Positions 1 to 9,844 of a DNA stretch of 64,000 bases are shown piece after piece. The first letter of the stretch is position 1, and each line of letters opens with the position of its first letter. A program made the position numbers and the translations under genes. Location of the stretch: the NCBI GenBank assembly GCA_024223715.1, contig JAAEOA010000015.1, positions 5,500 to 69,499 of the forward strand, read 5' to 3'. The notes below the pieces were generated by a model. It saw only the letters and a list, made by a program, of their open reading frames with translations. It did no database searches and had not been told where the DNA came from. This DNA comes from a bacterium (GTDB taxonomy: Bacteria > Krumholzibacteriota > Krumholzibacteriia > LZORAL124-64-63).

Positions 1-778
<778 letters not shown>

Positions 779-825
779 TTATATAGAGAGAGCTTTTAGT
801 CAAATACTATAGCTGGATGGATAAC

Positions 826-855
826 AAAAAGCCCCCGCCAATGGCAGGGGCTTTT
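826..855 (-). terminator. Rho-independent terminator downstream of the cytochrome gene (possibly bidirectional)
   Basis: GC-rich hairpin GCCCCCGCC-AAT-GGCAGGGGC (831-851, one mismatch) flanked by A5 (826-830) and T4 (852-855). On the minus strand it lies ~20 nt after the stop at 875 and is followed by a T-run. Confidence 0.7.
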
Positions 856-874
856 GAAAAAGGGTTCTGGTTCA

Positions 875-2356
875 TTAATCATTATCATCATAATGAGAAA
901 TAGCCGCGTTCAACAAGTCGGTGGCATAGTCGGGGTTGTGAACACCCAGGCTACCGTCACCAATGATGAAGAACATGGCGTAGGCTGCTTCCCGTTCCCA
1001 GACAGTTACTGCCTCGTCGGTGCTGTCCCAGTTTTCTTCCATATCATGATAGTCAGTGAAACCGAAACGTGTGGCAAGAGAATCCATCAGATCTTCGATG
1101 GTGCCCTGGAATGCATCCACGTCTGTGTCGGAGAAGCCTTCTTCGTGGCAGCCGGTGCAATTGGTGCCGATTTCCGGGCGGAAATTATGGAAAGCAACTT
1201 CCTGGACGGAACCATGAAGTTCGGTTTCCCGTACCATGTGACAGTTAACACAGGCGTGCTCGGCATTCTGGTGCGTGTGACTTCGGTCGTAGGTCTGGCC
1301 ATCGATTTCATAGCTTCCGTAACCAATATACATATCGGTCTGAGAGCTGTGGTGTGGGCCGAAGTACGCATATCCATTGGCTATTTGACCGGCCACATTG
1401 GCATTGTCTCGACGGCCTTTGTGACAATTGGCACACAGCTGGCCACTGCCATATCCGGACATGGTTGGAGCTTCAGGGTCATCTGGTTCATAAGGGAATG
1501 TGTAACTGAGAACCACATTGCCAACGGTACGCAGCTGAGCGGGGTTGCCCTCGCCGCCATCTCCCATATGAGGATCGTGGCAGGTCACACAGCCAATAAA
1601 ATTGACGTTATTGCTGAAGTTGTAATCGGTGAAGGCTGGGTCATTGGCTGCAATGAAACCTTCACTGGTGTGACAACCCTGGCAGGACCCAATGTGAGCG
1701 TAGTGTTCCTGGTTGAAGGCATCGACGTCACCGCCGGCAACACTGGCGTGGGCACTGGTGGCGTATCCTCCGGTGAAATCACCGGAAGGTCCTTCAAATT
1801 GAGTTTTGTGGCAAGGGTAGCAATCTGAGATAATGTCATCGGCCACAATATTTTCTGGATCGTGGGTGCCCATGGTTGCGAAGTTCAGGTCGGGACGGTG
1901 ATTGTTGAAATCGGGTCCCATGGGGCCGTGGCAGGATTCACATTGAACACCTTCAAGAGCCGCCCGACGTTCAGCTGCTTCATCGCCTTCAACTCCGAAG
2001 TAATCGTCGAACCCGTTTACATCGGGGTTTGTTGCGGTCATCCAGTCATCGCTGCCGTAAGATACCGGACGATCCCAACCGGTAGTGTGGCATTGCACAC
2101 AATAGGGGTTTTCCAGGTCTTCAGGGTCAATGTCGTAGGCCTGGCTGTGACCCGTCAGGGCAACCTGCTCAACAGTGGAAGCATGGCAATGACTGCAGGC
2201 CTCGCCCTTGTCGCCCACGTAGGTGTATTCGGAAATGCTGGAGCCATCATCCCCGGCAGGACCAGCGGGTCCCTGATCACCCTCGCAACCAATGAGGGCT
2301 ACGATCGATATCAGGATCATGGTCACAATGAATTTGTAAAGTTTGTTGGGTTTCAT
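875..2356 (-). CDS. Nine-heme c-type cytochrome lipoprotein
   Basis: 507-aa ORF. Likely start is Met15 (ATG 2356, AAGGAG 5 nt upstream), giving MKPNKLYKFIVTMILISIVALIGC (lipoprotein signal, lipobox LIGC). Nine CXXCH motifs: CSHCH, CVQCH, CESCH, CYPCH, CQGCH, CVTCH, CANCH, CVNCH, CTGCH. Confidence 0.85.
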   Translation of the reverse strand: MKPNKLYKFIVTMILISIVALIGCEGDQGPAGPAGDDGSSISEYTYVGDKGEACSHCHASTVEQVALTGHSQAYDIDPEDLENPYCVQCHTTGWDRPVSYGSDDWMTATNPDVNGFDDYFGVEGDEAAERRAALEGVQCESCHGPMGPDFNNHRPDLNFATMGTHDPENIVADDIISDCYPCHKTQFEGPSGDFTGGYATSAHASVAGGDVDAFNQEHYAHIGSCQGCHTSEGFIAANDPAFTDYNFSNNVNFIGCVTCHDPHMGDGGEGNPAQLRTVGNVVLSYTFPYEPDDPEAPTMSGYGSGQLCANCHKGRRDNANVAGQIANGYAYFGPHHSSQTDMYIGYGSYEIDGQTYDRSHTHQNAEHACVNCHMVRETELHGSVQEVAFHNFRPEIGTNCTGCHEEGFSDTDVDAFQGTIEDLMDSLATRFGFTDYHDMEENWDSTDEAVTVWEREAAYAMFFIIGDGSLGVHNPDYATDLLNAAISHYDDND

Positions 2357-2758
2357 GACATCTCCTTCATCTTGTTGGCCTTCAATCGAAAGCCACATTG
2401 GGGTTCGATACTCTGGGCCATTGAATTTTCAATCTTCCCCACCCGAAGATCATATACCTTCTGTTAAATGATTATCAACCAGAAAGCTCATCACAACGTG
2501 TTGTTATTAAATTGATTAGGGTTGTCAAAATTTATTTGAATGAAATTTCCAAGGAAAAAAACATGACTGGGAATGATGCGAGTTCATTAAGTTATTTATT
2601 TAGTATGTCATACGATTGTCATGGAATTTTCTCGTGTTTGCTGGACAAATAGTAAAACAGGACTCCAGTGGCATTCGGCAGGGATGAATTTGATTTTGTG
2701 GAATTGAATGCACATTTGCAATGAGCCCGTTCCCGGAAGGTTTCAACTTAAAACTCTT

Positions 2759-3721
2759 TTAATACTTCGGCGTAGCCCCCGTACTTCCATCAATTTGGTC
2801 ACTGGGCAAAGGCGGGTGCCTCTCCTGCCGAAAATTTGCCCACACCGGAAAATGGTCTGAAGGATATCGGCCATTCATTTGCAGTCGTTCAATACCTGCA
2901 TCAACAGCCCGAAAACCACCGGTGGTTAATATCCAATCAATGCGCCCCCGACTGGCCTTACCGGTGAACCCGTGCCAGGTGCCAGGATTCAGTTTTTTCT
3001 CCGCCCCGGAAGCAAAAAGGTATGAATCTCGCAGAGACAAACCTTGCAGATATCCTTCTTCCACAAGAATTTTATAGGGCGCATCTTTACCGGAAGCATC
3101 GGCATTAAAATCACCCAGCAAAATCATCTCATGTCCGGCAGCGATTTCTTTCATGCGGGTTTGAAGCAGGCGGGATCCTTCTTCCCGAGCGCGGGGACCG
3201 GCATGGTCCAAATGGGTGTTGAACACGTATAGTGTATCAGGATTGCACCGACGGTCCCGCAACTTAACCCAGGTAACAATTCGTGGGCAGGCAGCATCCC
3301 AGCCTTTGCTGCCGGGTTCTTCAGGTTGTTCACTCAACCAGAAATTTCCCTGATCCAACAAATGATATCGGTCGTAACGTGTGAAAATGAGACACATTTC
3401 ACCAGCTTGAACACCGTCATCACGGCCCACCCCTGTAATGCGATATCCGTAAAACGCCTCGTTCAATTCCAGTCCCTGATCCCACAAACATTCCTGAATT
3501 CCAAATATGGCTGGCTTATGGTCGCGAATGGCCCGACGAACCAGATAGCGGCGCTTGTCCCAGCCGTTCTCACCGTCGTTGGCGCCGGCGTAACGGATGT
3601 TGAAACTCATGATCTTTGTATCGACGGTATTTTTGTTGGCCCCCGGAGTGGCGAAACTGTAGCCACCAAGCAAAGCGAGGCAAAGCAATATCAAAAGGTA
3701 TGAGTAATGTTTGACCGGCAT
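2759..3721 (-). CDS. Secreted endonuclease/exonuclease/phosphatase (EEP) family protein
   Basis: 358-aa ORF. Probable start is Met39 (ATG 3721), giving signal peptide MPVKHYSYLLILLCLALLGGYSFA. EEP-fold motifs are present: SFNIRY...GIQE, NTHLDH, LGDFNA, and C-terminal SDHFPV. Confidence 0.8.
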   Translation of the reverse strand: MPVKHYSYLLILLCLALLGGYSFATPGANKNTVDTKIMSFNIRYAGANDGENGWDKRRYLVRRAIRDHKPAIFGIQECLWDQGLELNEAFYGYRITGVGRDDGVQAGEMCLIFTRYDRYHLLDQGNFWLSEQPEEPGSKGWDAACPRIVTWVKLRDRRCNPDTLYVFNTHLDHAGPRAREEGSRLLQTRMKEIAAGHEMILLGDFNADASGKDAPYKILVEEGYLQGLSLRDSYLFASGAEKKLNPGTWHGFTGKASRGRIDWILTTGGFRAVDAGIERLQMNGRYPSDHFPVWANFRQERHPPLPSDQIDGSTGATPKY

Positions 3722-3771
3722 GGTGCATCCTGTAAATTGGGGAAGTTGATTCTCAGCAAAGTATATCATTT

Positions 3772-4749
3772 TTGGGGAGATGGCCATTGAAGGAAACATC
3801 TGCAGAGCCCGGTTCCTATTCTGATTGGGCCGCACAGCTACTGGAAAAACTGGAGCCTGTACTTGATGACAGGCAATCTCAGCGTTTGTTTCATGGTCGG
3901 GGTCACGCTCACTTCGGGTTGGAGCAGGTGACGGTGGATTGGTTGCCGCCGGTGGCTCTAATCACTTTGTTTAAATCTCAAGAAGGTCCACAAGTGGAAG
4001 CGGTGGCCAATCATCTGCATAAAACTCTACCTGGCTGCACCAGTGTGCAGTTGCAGAAACGCTACCTGAAGTCGGGACCAGTGGAAGTCTTAAAGGGTGA
4101 TTCGATTTCCAGTTTCAGTGTTTGGGAAGGATCTCTAAAATATAAAATTTCTCTGGGCCAAAACCGGAACACAGGGCTTTTCCTGGACATGAAAAACGGT
4201 CGCCAATGGGTTGTTGAAAATTGCCGGAATAAGCGGGTGCTAAACCTGTTTTCCTATACATGCGGATTCTCTGTGGCGGCCGTTAACGGTGAGGCCAAAT
4301 CGGTTTATAATATCGATTTGAGCCGTCCGGCCTTGAATGTGGGCAGGGAAAATCACCGTTTGAATGAACAGTCATTAAATAATGTAGCTTTCGATAAGTT
4401 GGATGTTTTTAAATCTTTTGGCCGTTTTGCCAAACGCGGTCCTTTTGATTTACTAATTTGCGACCCTCCCACTTTTCAAAAAGACAGTGTCGACATTGCA
4501 AAAGATTATCCAAAAATTCTACGCCGATTATCACAGTTTATGGCCCCGGAAGCGACATTGTTGCTTTGCCTGAATGCACCGAATCTGGGTGGCGATTTTT
4601 TGATGCGAATTGTTGAAGAAAATGCGCCTGATTATTCACTGAAAACAGAATTGAAACGGCCCGGGGTTTTTGCTGATGATCAAGGCAAAGGTTTGAAGTT
4701 GATGATATTTGAAAAGGAACCCGTTGAAGGCAAACATAAAATGGAATAA
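3772..4749 (+). CDS. Class I SAM-dependent methyltransferase (RlmI/YccW-like catalytic domain)
   Basis: 325-aa ORF with a non-ATG (TTG) start, so the exact start is uncertain. SAM-binding motif I-like VLNLFSYTCGFSVAA and motif IV DLLICDPPTF, as in RlmI-type RNA methyltransferases. Divergent from the EEP gene with a ~50-nt spacer. Confidence 0.7.
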   Translation: MGRWPLKETSAEPGSYSDWAAQLLEKLEPVLDDRQSQRLFHGRGHAHFGLEQVTVDWLPPVALITLFKSQEGPQVEAVANHLHKTLPGCTSVQLQKRYLKSGPVEVLKGDSISSFSVWEGSLKYKISLGQNRNTGLFLDMKNGRQWVVENCRNKRVLNLFSYTCGFSVAAVNGEAKSVYNIDLSRPALNVGRENHRLNEQSLNNVAFDKLDVFKSFGRFAKRGPFDLLICDPPTFQKDSVDIAKDYPKILRRLSQFMAPEATLLLCLNAPNLGGDFLMRIVEENAPDYSLKTELKRPGVFADDQGKGLKLMIFEKEPVEGKHKME

Positions 4750-4851
4750 AATTATTCAGGCCCCAGGCGATCGATGACTGGGATTTGGACCATCTGTGGA
4801 AATATCCGTTCTGATAATGCGAAACTAAATAACCTTCGACCTGGAGCAGGA

Positions 4852-7359
4852 ATGTCTTCCAACTCACAATCCCCAACGTCTCGGCCCTTGCCAGCAAATA
4901 TGGTCATCTTTCTGACCGGTTTCTCTTTCCTGCTCTACGAAGTCAGCTGGAACCGTCTGCTTTCCCTGGTGCTGGGTGCCACTGTTACCGCCTCTACTGT
5001 GGTTCTGGCCTCATTTATGGCAGGATTTGGTGCCGGTGCCTGGTTTTGGGGTCGATTTGCGGATCAGAAAACCGCCCTGGGCTCCATTCTTGCGGGCCTT
5101 CTGGCTGGGATTGGGCTTTTTAGTGGAGTAAACTTCGTTATTCTGAATAAAGTGGTTCCCAATATTTATGCCTCCATGGGGGCGTCTGGCTCAAATGCAA
5201 CCACTGTGGATGTTTTGGTCTTTGCCCTGGTTGCGTTTCTTCTTTTCATACCGGCTTTTCTCATGGGCGGGGTATTCCCACTGGTCAGTAAAGTTGCGAC
5301 GGCCAGCTCCGGAATCATGGCCAAAACAGTGGGTCGCCTTTACGCAATTGAAACCCTGGGCAGTACGGTGGGTGGTTTGCTCACTGGATTTATTCTGTTG
5401 GGGGCCCTGGGCCAGCAGAGTACAATTCTGGCTGCCTCGGGACTAAATCTCTTGCTGGCTGTCTGGATGTTTTCTGATCCCTCTTTCCGCCTGTCTGAAA
5501 TGCCTGAGTCCGAAAAAAGCCAGTCACTTGCTTTTAAGCTTAACATCCAACAACGCTCCGCTCTTCTTGGTGCTTTCATTTGCGGATTGTCCATTTTGGC
5601 TTTGCAAATCCTCTGGATGCGCATGTTCCGCATTTATTTGACCAATACAAGCTATACTTTTGCCTTGGTCTCATCGGTGGCCATTATGGGGTTGTTTGCC
5701 GGCAGTACAGTGTTTTCCAGACGCAAAACAGTTTCATCCGATCCCCAAAAATCAATGCTCAAAATTGTACTCGGTCTTATGGTGACCGTTGCAGGCGGAT
5801 TGGTCCTGCTGCTGAATCTTCCGGAAATGCTGATGTTCCCTTTCACTTCTGTCATGACTTCTCCAACAGCCAGAGCTCTGGTTTTGCCCTTTGTTGCAGC
5901 CCTTCTGGTCATCTTTCCTCCTTCTTTGTTTTCCGGTTACGCCTTTCCTCTGGCTTGCCGCATGTTTGCCCAGGGTGATCGCCATGTGAGTCGAGATGTC
6001 GGTTTGGTCCTGATGGTCAATACCCTGGGTGCAGTGCTGGGACCCTTGGCTGCAGCCTTCCTGTTATTGCCTCTGCTGGGTGCCACCATGTCGGTCATTT
6101 TCTTACTGGCCCTGTTGAATCTGGCTGCGGTTTTTCTTTGGAGATGGAATTCAAAACTTGATTCGACGGCAATTGCCCGCAACTTTCTTTACGCCTCTTT
6201 TGGGGCCTTGATTCTGGTTATGATTATTTCTCCGAATTGGCGCATTCTTCCTCCTTCATTCAGCCGCTTTGACCGCCAGATTCTTTATTATCAGGAATCG
6301 GTTGAGGGCACGCTTTCGGTGGGACAGGACCGCGATACCCGAACCCGAAGCAAATACACCTACGTCAACAACAGTGCGGTTATCGGGTCTACTTACGATG
6401 CCGTAAAGGTTGTAAAAATGGTGGGGCATTTTCCGTTCCTGCTGGGCCTTGAAGGAAAAGATGTTCTGGTTATTGGTTTTGGCATTGGGGTGACCACTTC
6501 TGCTATTGCTTCGCATCCTGAAGTTGAGTCCATAGAGTGTGTGGAATTAGTCCCTGGATTACAGAAGGCGGCCCGTTATTACGAAGATCTTAACAAAGGC
6601 ATTGTTGATGATTCCCGTCTGAAAATCATTGCCGGCGATGGGCGTCATTATTTGCAGACTTCACCCCGGAATTACGACCTTATTTCCTGTGATCCCACCC
6701 ACCCCATTCTTGGATCGGGAAGTCTTTACACTTCCGACTATTTTCAGCAGTGCCGTGACCACCTGAAGCCCGGAGGCATGGTCAGTCAGTACTTGCCCCT
6801 GCATAAATTGCGCACTGAAGAATTTCTGGGTATAATCAAAACTTTTGAATCGGTTTTTCCCAATAGTACTGTTTGGCTGGGACACTATCACGCGGTTTTG
6901 CTTGGTGGATTAAATCCTCTGGAAATTGACTTTGATGAGTGGGAAACCAACGTCAAAAAGCTGGGCAAAGATCAGCATTTTTATGTCAATGCTTACCACT
7001 TGGCGGCCACTTTAATGCTCGATGGTACGGCTATAGAAAAGTTGGGTGCCAATAGCGCCATCAATACCGATGACCTCAGTTATACTGAATTTTTTGACCC
7101 TGACTGTCTGCTGGAAGACAACATTGGCAAGAACCTGAATTTCCTCATGGAAAACCGCTGCAAGGTGGACAGTATTTTTAGGAATATCAACCGCCCGGAG
7201 TTGATGGGGCGTTACCGGGAGGGCAACCGCCTGCTTACCGAAAGCCTGTATTATAAATTGCAGAGAGATGATAACCGCAGCTTGGGCCTCATGAAGAAAG
7301 CCATGTTGGCCAATCCGGAGGATCAGGAATTTCCGTTCCTGATCAAGCTATACTATTAA
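4852..7359 (+). CDS. Polytopic membrane protein fused to a spermidine-synthase-like domain and a C-terminal helical-repeat region
   Basis: 861-aa ORF. Likely start is Met27 (ATG 4852, GGAG upstream). The N-terminal ~480 aa consist of many hydrophobic spans. These are followed by a spermidine-synthase-type fold ([32 protein letters not shown]) and a helical tail. Confidence 0.75.
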   Translation: MSSNSQSPTSRPLPANMVIFLTGFSFLLYEVSWNRLLSLVLGATVTASTVVLASFMAGFGAGAWFWGRFADQKTALGSILAGLLAGIGLFSGVNFVILNKVVPNIYASMGASGSNATTVDVLVFALVAFLLFIPAFLMGGVFPLVSKVATASSGIMAKTVGRLYAIETLGSTVGGLLTGFILLGALGQQSTILAASGLNLLLAVWMFSDPSFRLSEMPESEKSQSLAFKLNIQQRSALLGAFICGLSILALQILWMRMFRIYLTNTSYTFALVSSVAIMGLFAGSTVFSRRKTVSSDPQKSMLKIVLGLMVTVAGGLVLLLNLPEMLMFPFTSVMTSPTARALVLPFVAALLVIFPPSLFSGYAFPLACRMFAQGDRHVSRDVGLVLMVNTLGAVLGPLAAAFLLLPLLGATMSVIFLLALLNLAAVFLWRWNSKLDSTAIARNFLYASFGALILVMIISPNWRILPPSFSRFDRQILYYQESVEGTLSVGQDRDTRTRSKYTYVNNSAVIGSTYDAVKVVKMVGHFPFLLGLEGKDVLVIGFGIGVTTSAIASHPEVESIECVELVPGLQKAARYYEDLNKGIVDDSRLKIIAGDGRHYLQTSPRNYDLISCDPTHPILGSGSLYTSDYFQQCRDHLKPGGMVSQYLPLHKLRTEEFLGIIKTFESVFPNSTVWLGHYHAVLLGGLNPLEIDFDEWETNVKKLGKDQHFYVNAYHLAATLMLDGTAIEKLGANSAINTDDLSYTEFFDPDCLLEDNIGKNLNFLMENRCKVDSIFRNINRPELMGRYREGNRLLTESLYYKLQRDDNRSLGLMKKAMLANPEDQEFPFLIKLYY

Positions 7360-9238
7360 CCGAATCTGAAGAGGTGGATTTTTTGCCCACCCATTTGGCG
7401 ATGGTCTTGATGAGAGTTTTTTGGTCAATGGGTTTGGTCACATAGTCGTTCATACCGGCGGCCAGACAAATATCCCGGTCCTCGGCCATGGCAAATGCAG
7501 TAAGGGCTATGATCGGTAAGTCCAAATAAGAGTCGCCCAATTTTCGAATCTGACGGGTGGCTTCATAACCGTCCATTGTGGGCATTTGGCAATCCATCAA
7601 AACCAGATCGAATGAATTATCCTTCACAAAGTTTAAAGCCTCCTGGCCGTTATTGGCGACCGAGACTTTGGCTCCCAAACGATCAAGGACTTTCCGGGCA
7701 TAAACCTGATTAATGGGATTGTCCTCAGCCAGGAGTACCTTTAATTCCTGTTGAATGATTTTTTCAGGCTCAGAAAAGGCAAGGTCCTGGGGCAAAGGTT
7801 TCACAGTTTCAGTTTCTTGAGTCCCCGCTTTCATTGGAACTATGAAATAGAATCGCGATCCGGAGCCCAATTCGCTTTCCAGGGCAATGTGACCTCCCAT
7901 GAGTTCAACAAGTTGCTTACAAATTGCCAGTCCCAAGCCTGTTCCACCGTAGCTGCGGGTGGTCGAAGAATCTGCCTGAGTGAAGTGGCCGAATACATGA
8001 TCTTTCTTGTCTTCGGAAATACCCACACCGGTATCGCGAACCGAGAACATAATCTGCAAATCTTTACCCTGATGGGAGACCTGGCTAATAGAGAGTTCAA
8101 TCTCACCTTTCTTAGTGAACTTCACTGCATTGCCCACCAGATTGATCAATACCTGACGCACGCGAACCACATCACCAAGCACATTTTCGGGCAGGTTTTT
8201 ATCGACATTCAATATTAGTTCGAGGCCTTTTTCTTCAACCCGGCCTCCAATGATGCTGCTTATTTCCTTGACCGTGCGGCGCAACCCGAAGGGGACTTTT
8301 TCGATGACCATCATGCCGGCTTCGATTTTGGAAAAATCGAGTATGTCGTTAATAACAGACAAGAGATGATCGGCCGATGTTTTTATGTGAGACAACAGCG
8401 CCTGCTGTTCCTCTGGCAGCTCACTGTCCCCAAGCAATTCGGTCATGCCGATGACACCGTTCATAGGTGTGCGCAGTTCGTGACTCATGTTGGCCAGAAA
8501 ATCGCTTTTGGCCCGACTCGCCTGAATTAGTGCCTGCTCGCGCTTTTCGACTTCATCGAGCATTTCATTGAAGGCACCAACCAGTTGGCCCACTTCGTCC
8601 TTGCCTTCTCCTTGAACTCTTACATTGTAAATCTGTTTATTACTGACCGCTTTGGCAGCCTCAGCAAGGTTGGTTACCGGGCCCGATATCAATGCCTGGA
8701 GCTTCTCGCTGAAGAGCATGCTGACAAACATGGCCAGCAAACTCAGTCCGCCAAAAAACAATAGCATGGTTCGGGCATGGTTGGCTTCGTCTGCCAGATC
8801 ATAGGCCAGCAGGAGGGATCCCACTTTTTCCCCATTCCATAAAATAGGGTGTGAAATCATTACGCTGTTGTTTTGGAATATTGGCTTTTCAAAGTTATGG
8901 TGAACTTTCAGATCCTCTGCCGTTTGCTCTGATTCACCATAATAGGCAAACAGGGAGCCGTCTTGTTTATAAATGACCGCGTTGCGCAACATGGGCAAAA
9001 ATTCAAGATTGGCCAAGGTTTCACTGGTGAATTCCTGGTCCTCAAAAATTAGTGATGAAGCGCAATTGCTAGCCACAATTCGGCTAATGACATCCAGTTC
9101 CCAGGTTAACCGATCACGAAACGTATTTCGATCATGGCGGACCATGGCGCTGCCCATCAGTACGACCACAAGGACGTTACTGATGGCCAGTATCCACCGT
9201 AGTTTAGTTCTTATCGGAAAATCTTTGAACATGCCCAA
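7343..9238 (-). CDS. Hybrid sensor histidine kinase (CHASE8-like periplasmic domain-HAMP-HisKA-HATPase-receiver)
   Basis: 631-aa ORF (TTG 9238 or ATG 9232). Order: TM, periplasmic segment [38 protein letters not shown] resembling CHASE8 (from memory), TM, HAMP. Then H-box [12 protein letters not shown]-box [11 protein letters not shown]-boxes DTGVGI and [10 protein letters not shown]-terminal receiver: [20 protein letters not shown]. Confidence 0.85.
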   Translation of the reverse strand: MGMFKDFPIRTKLRWILAISNVLVVVLMGSAMVRHDRNTFRDRLTWELDVISRIVASNCASSLIFEDQEFTSETLANLEFLPMLRNAVIYKQDGSLFAYYGESEQTAEDLKVHHNFEKPIFQNNSVMISHPILWNGEKVGSLLLAYDLADEANHARTMLLFFGGLSLLAMFVSMLFSEKLQALISGPVTNLAEAAKAVSNKQIYNVRVQGEGKDEVGQLVGAFNEMLDEVEKREQALIQASRAKSDFLANMSHELRTPMNGVIGMTELLGDSELPEEQQALLSHIKTSADHLLSVINDILDFSKIEAGMMVIEKVPFGLRRTVKEISSIIGGRVEEKGLELILNVDKNLPENVLGDVVRVRQVLINLVGNAVKFTKKGEIELSISQVSHQGKDLQIMFSVRDTGVGISEDKKDHVFGHFTQADSSTTRSYGGTGLGLAICKQLVELMGGHIALESELGSGSRFYFIVPMKAGTQETETVKPLPQDLAFSEPEKIIQQELKVLLAEDNPINQVYARKVLDRLGAKVSVANNGQEALNFVKDNSFDLVLMDCQMPTMDGYEATRQIRKLGDSYLDLPIIALTAFAMAEDRDICLAAGMNDYVTKPIDQKTLIKTIAKWVGKKSTSSDSVNSIA

Positions 9239-9240
9239 AA

Positions 9241-9840
9241 TTAGTTTCCTTCGACAATTCGGGCCATTTTCAACAACTGTGAACTCATGGTCAGGCCTGC
9301 CTCATTGGCAGCGTCACGGTTGATGAAAAAACGCATTTTTCCACGCCGGGGTACCATCTGGATGATGCCACCCTGAGTGCAGAAGTCTTCCGTTTCGCTG
9401 ATGGTCAGTATGCTTTCATTGCGTGAGGTGGCAAAGGCATCAAGCATTCTTTGCTGCGGCACATCGGCAATAAAAACAAGGTTGCATTGAGCCAGATCCG
9501 ATTCTGAATTGACGACTTTTACCAGTACGGGTAAATCACGGACCGTTTTCCCGTTGATACTTGAAAAATCAGGCTGGGCAATGTGACTACCCATAACACC
9601 GAGAACAAGTTCATTTGGCTGGTTGTCGCGGGGCCAATCCACAAATTTGCAGAAATTAAAGACCATGGCGGCGCGGATCAAATCTCTTGTTTCACTTTCA
9701 TCTTCCGAGGCCAGAGAAGGAGCCTGGATCAGGATCAACATCACAAGGATGAAGACCTGCAAACTTTTACCAGCAAATTCGGCTGATTGCTTTCTTGTGG
9801 TTTGGCTGATTTTTGTATTTTTGTTTGTCATTGTCTTCAC
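9241..9840 (-). CDS. YfiR/DUF4154-like periplasmic protein
   Basis: 199-aa ORF (GTG start) with an N-terminal signal-like hydrophobic segment. Motif [16 protein letters not shown] and the size are typical of YfiR-family proteins. There is a 2-nt gap to the kinase gene and a 4-nt gap after the receptor gene. Confidence 0.7.
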   Translation of the reverse strand: MKTMTNKNTKISQTTRKQSAEFAGKSLQVFILVMLILIQAPSLASEDESETRDLIRAAMVFNFCKFVDWPRDNQPNELVLGVMGSHIAQPDFSSINGKTVRDLPVLVKVVNSESDLAQCNLVFIADVPQQRMLDAFATSRNESILTISETEDFCTQGGIIQMVPRRGKMRFFINRDAANEAGLTMSSQLLKMARIVEGN

Positions 9841-9844
9841 CTCC

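Noticed and set aside
2391-2420. tRNA-like T-arm string (GGGGTTCGATAC)
   Set aside because: No acceptor or anticodon stems can be drawn around it. It lies in the leader immediately upstream of the cytochrome start. No other tRNA or rRNA signatures were found in the window.
854-2467. Long plus-strand ORFs (854-1828, 324 aa; 1862-2467, 201 aa) opposite the cytochrome gene
   Set aside because: They are antisense to an ORF with nine CXXCH motifs and a lipoprotein signal. Their translations are low-complexity (V/G/I-rich) with no motifs or translation signals. They are typical shadow ORFs.
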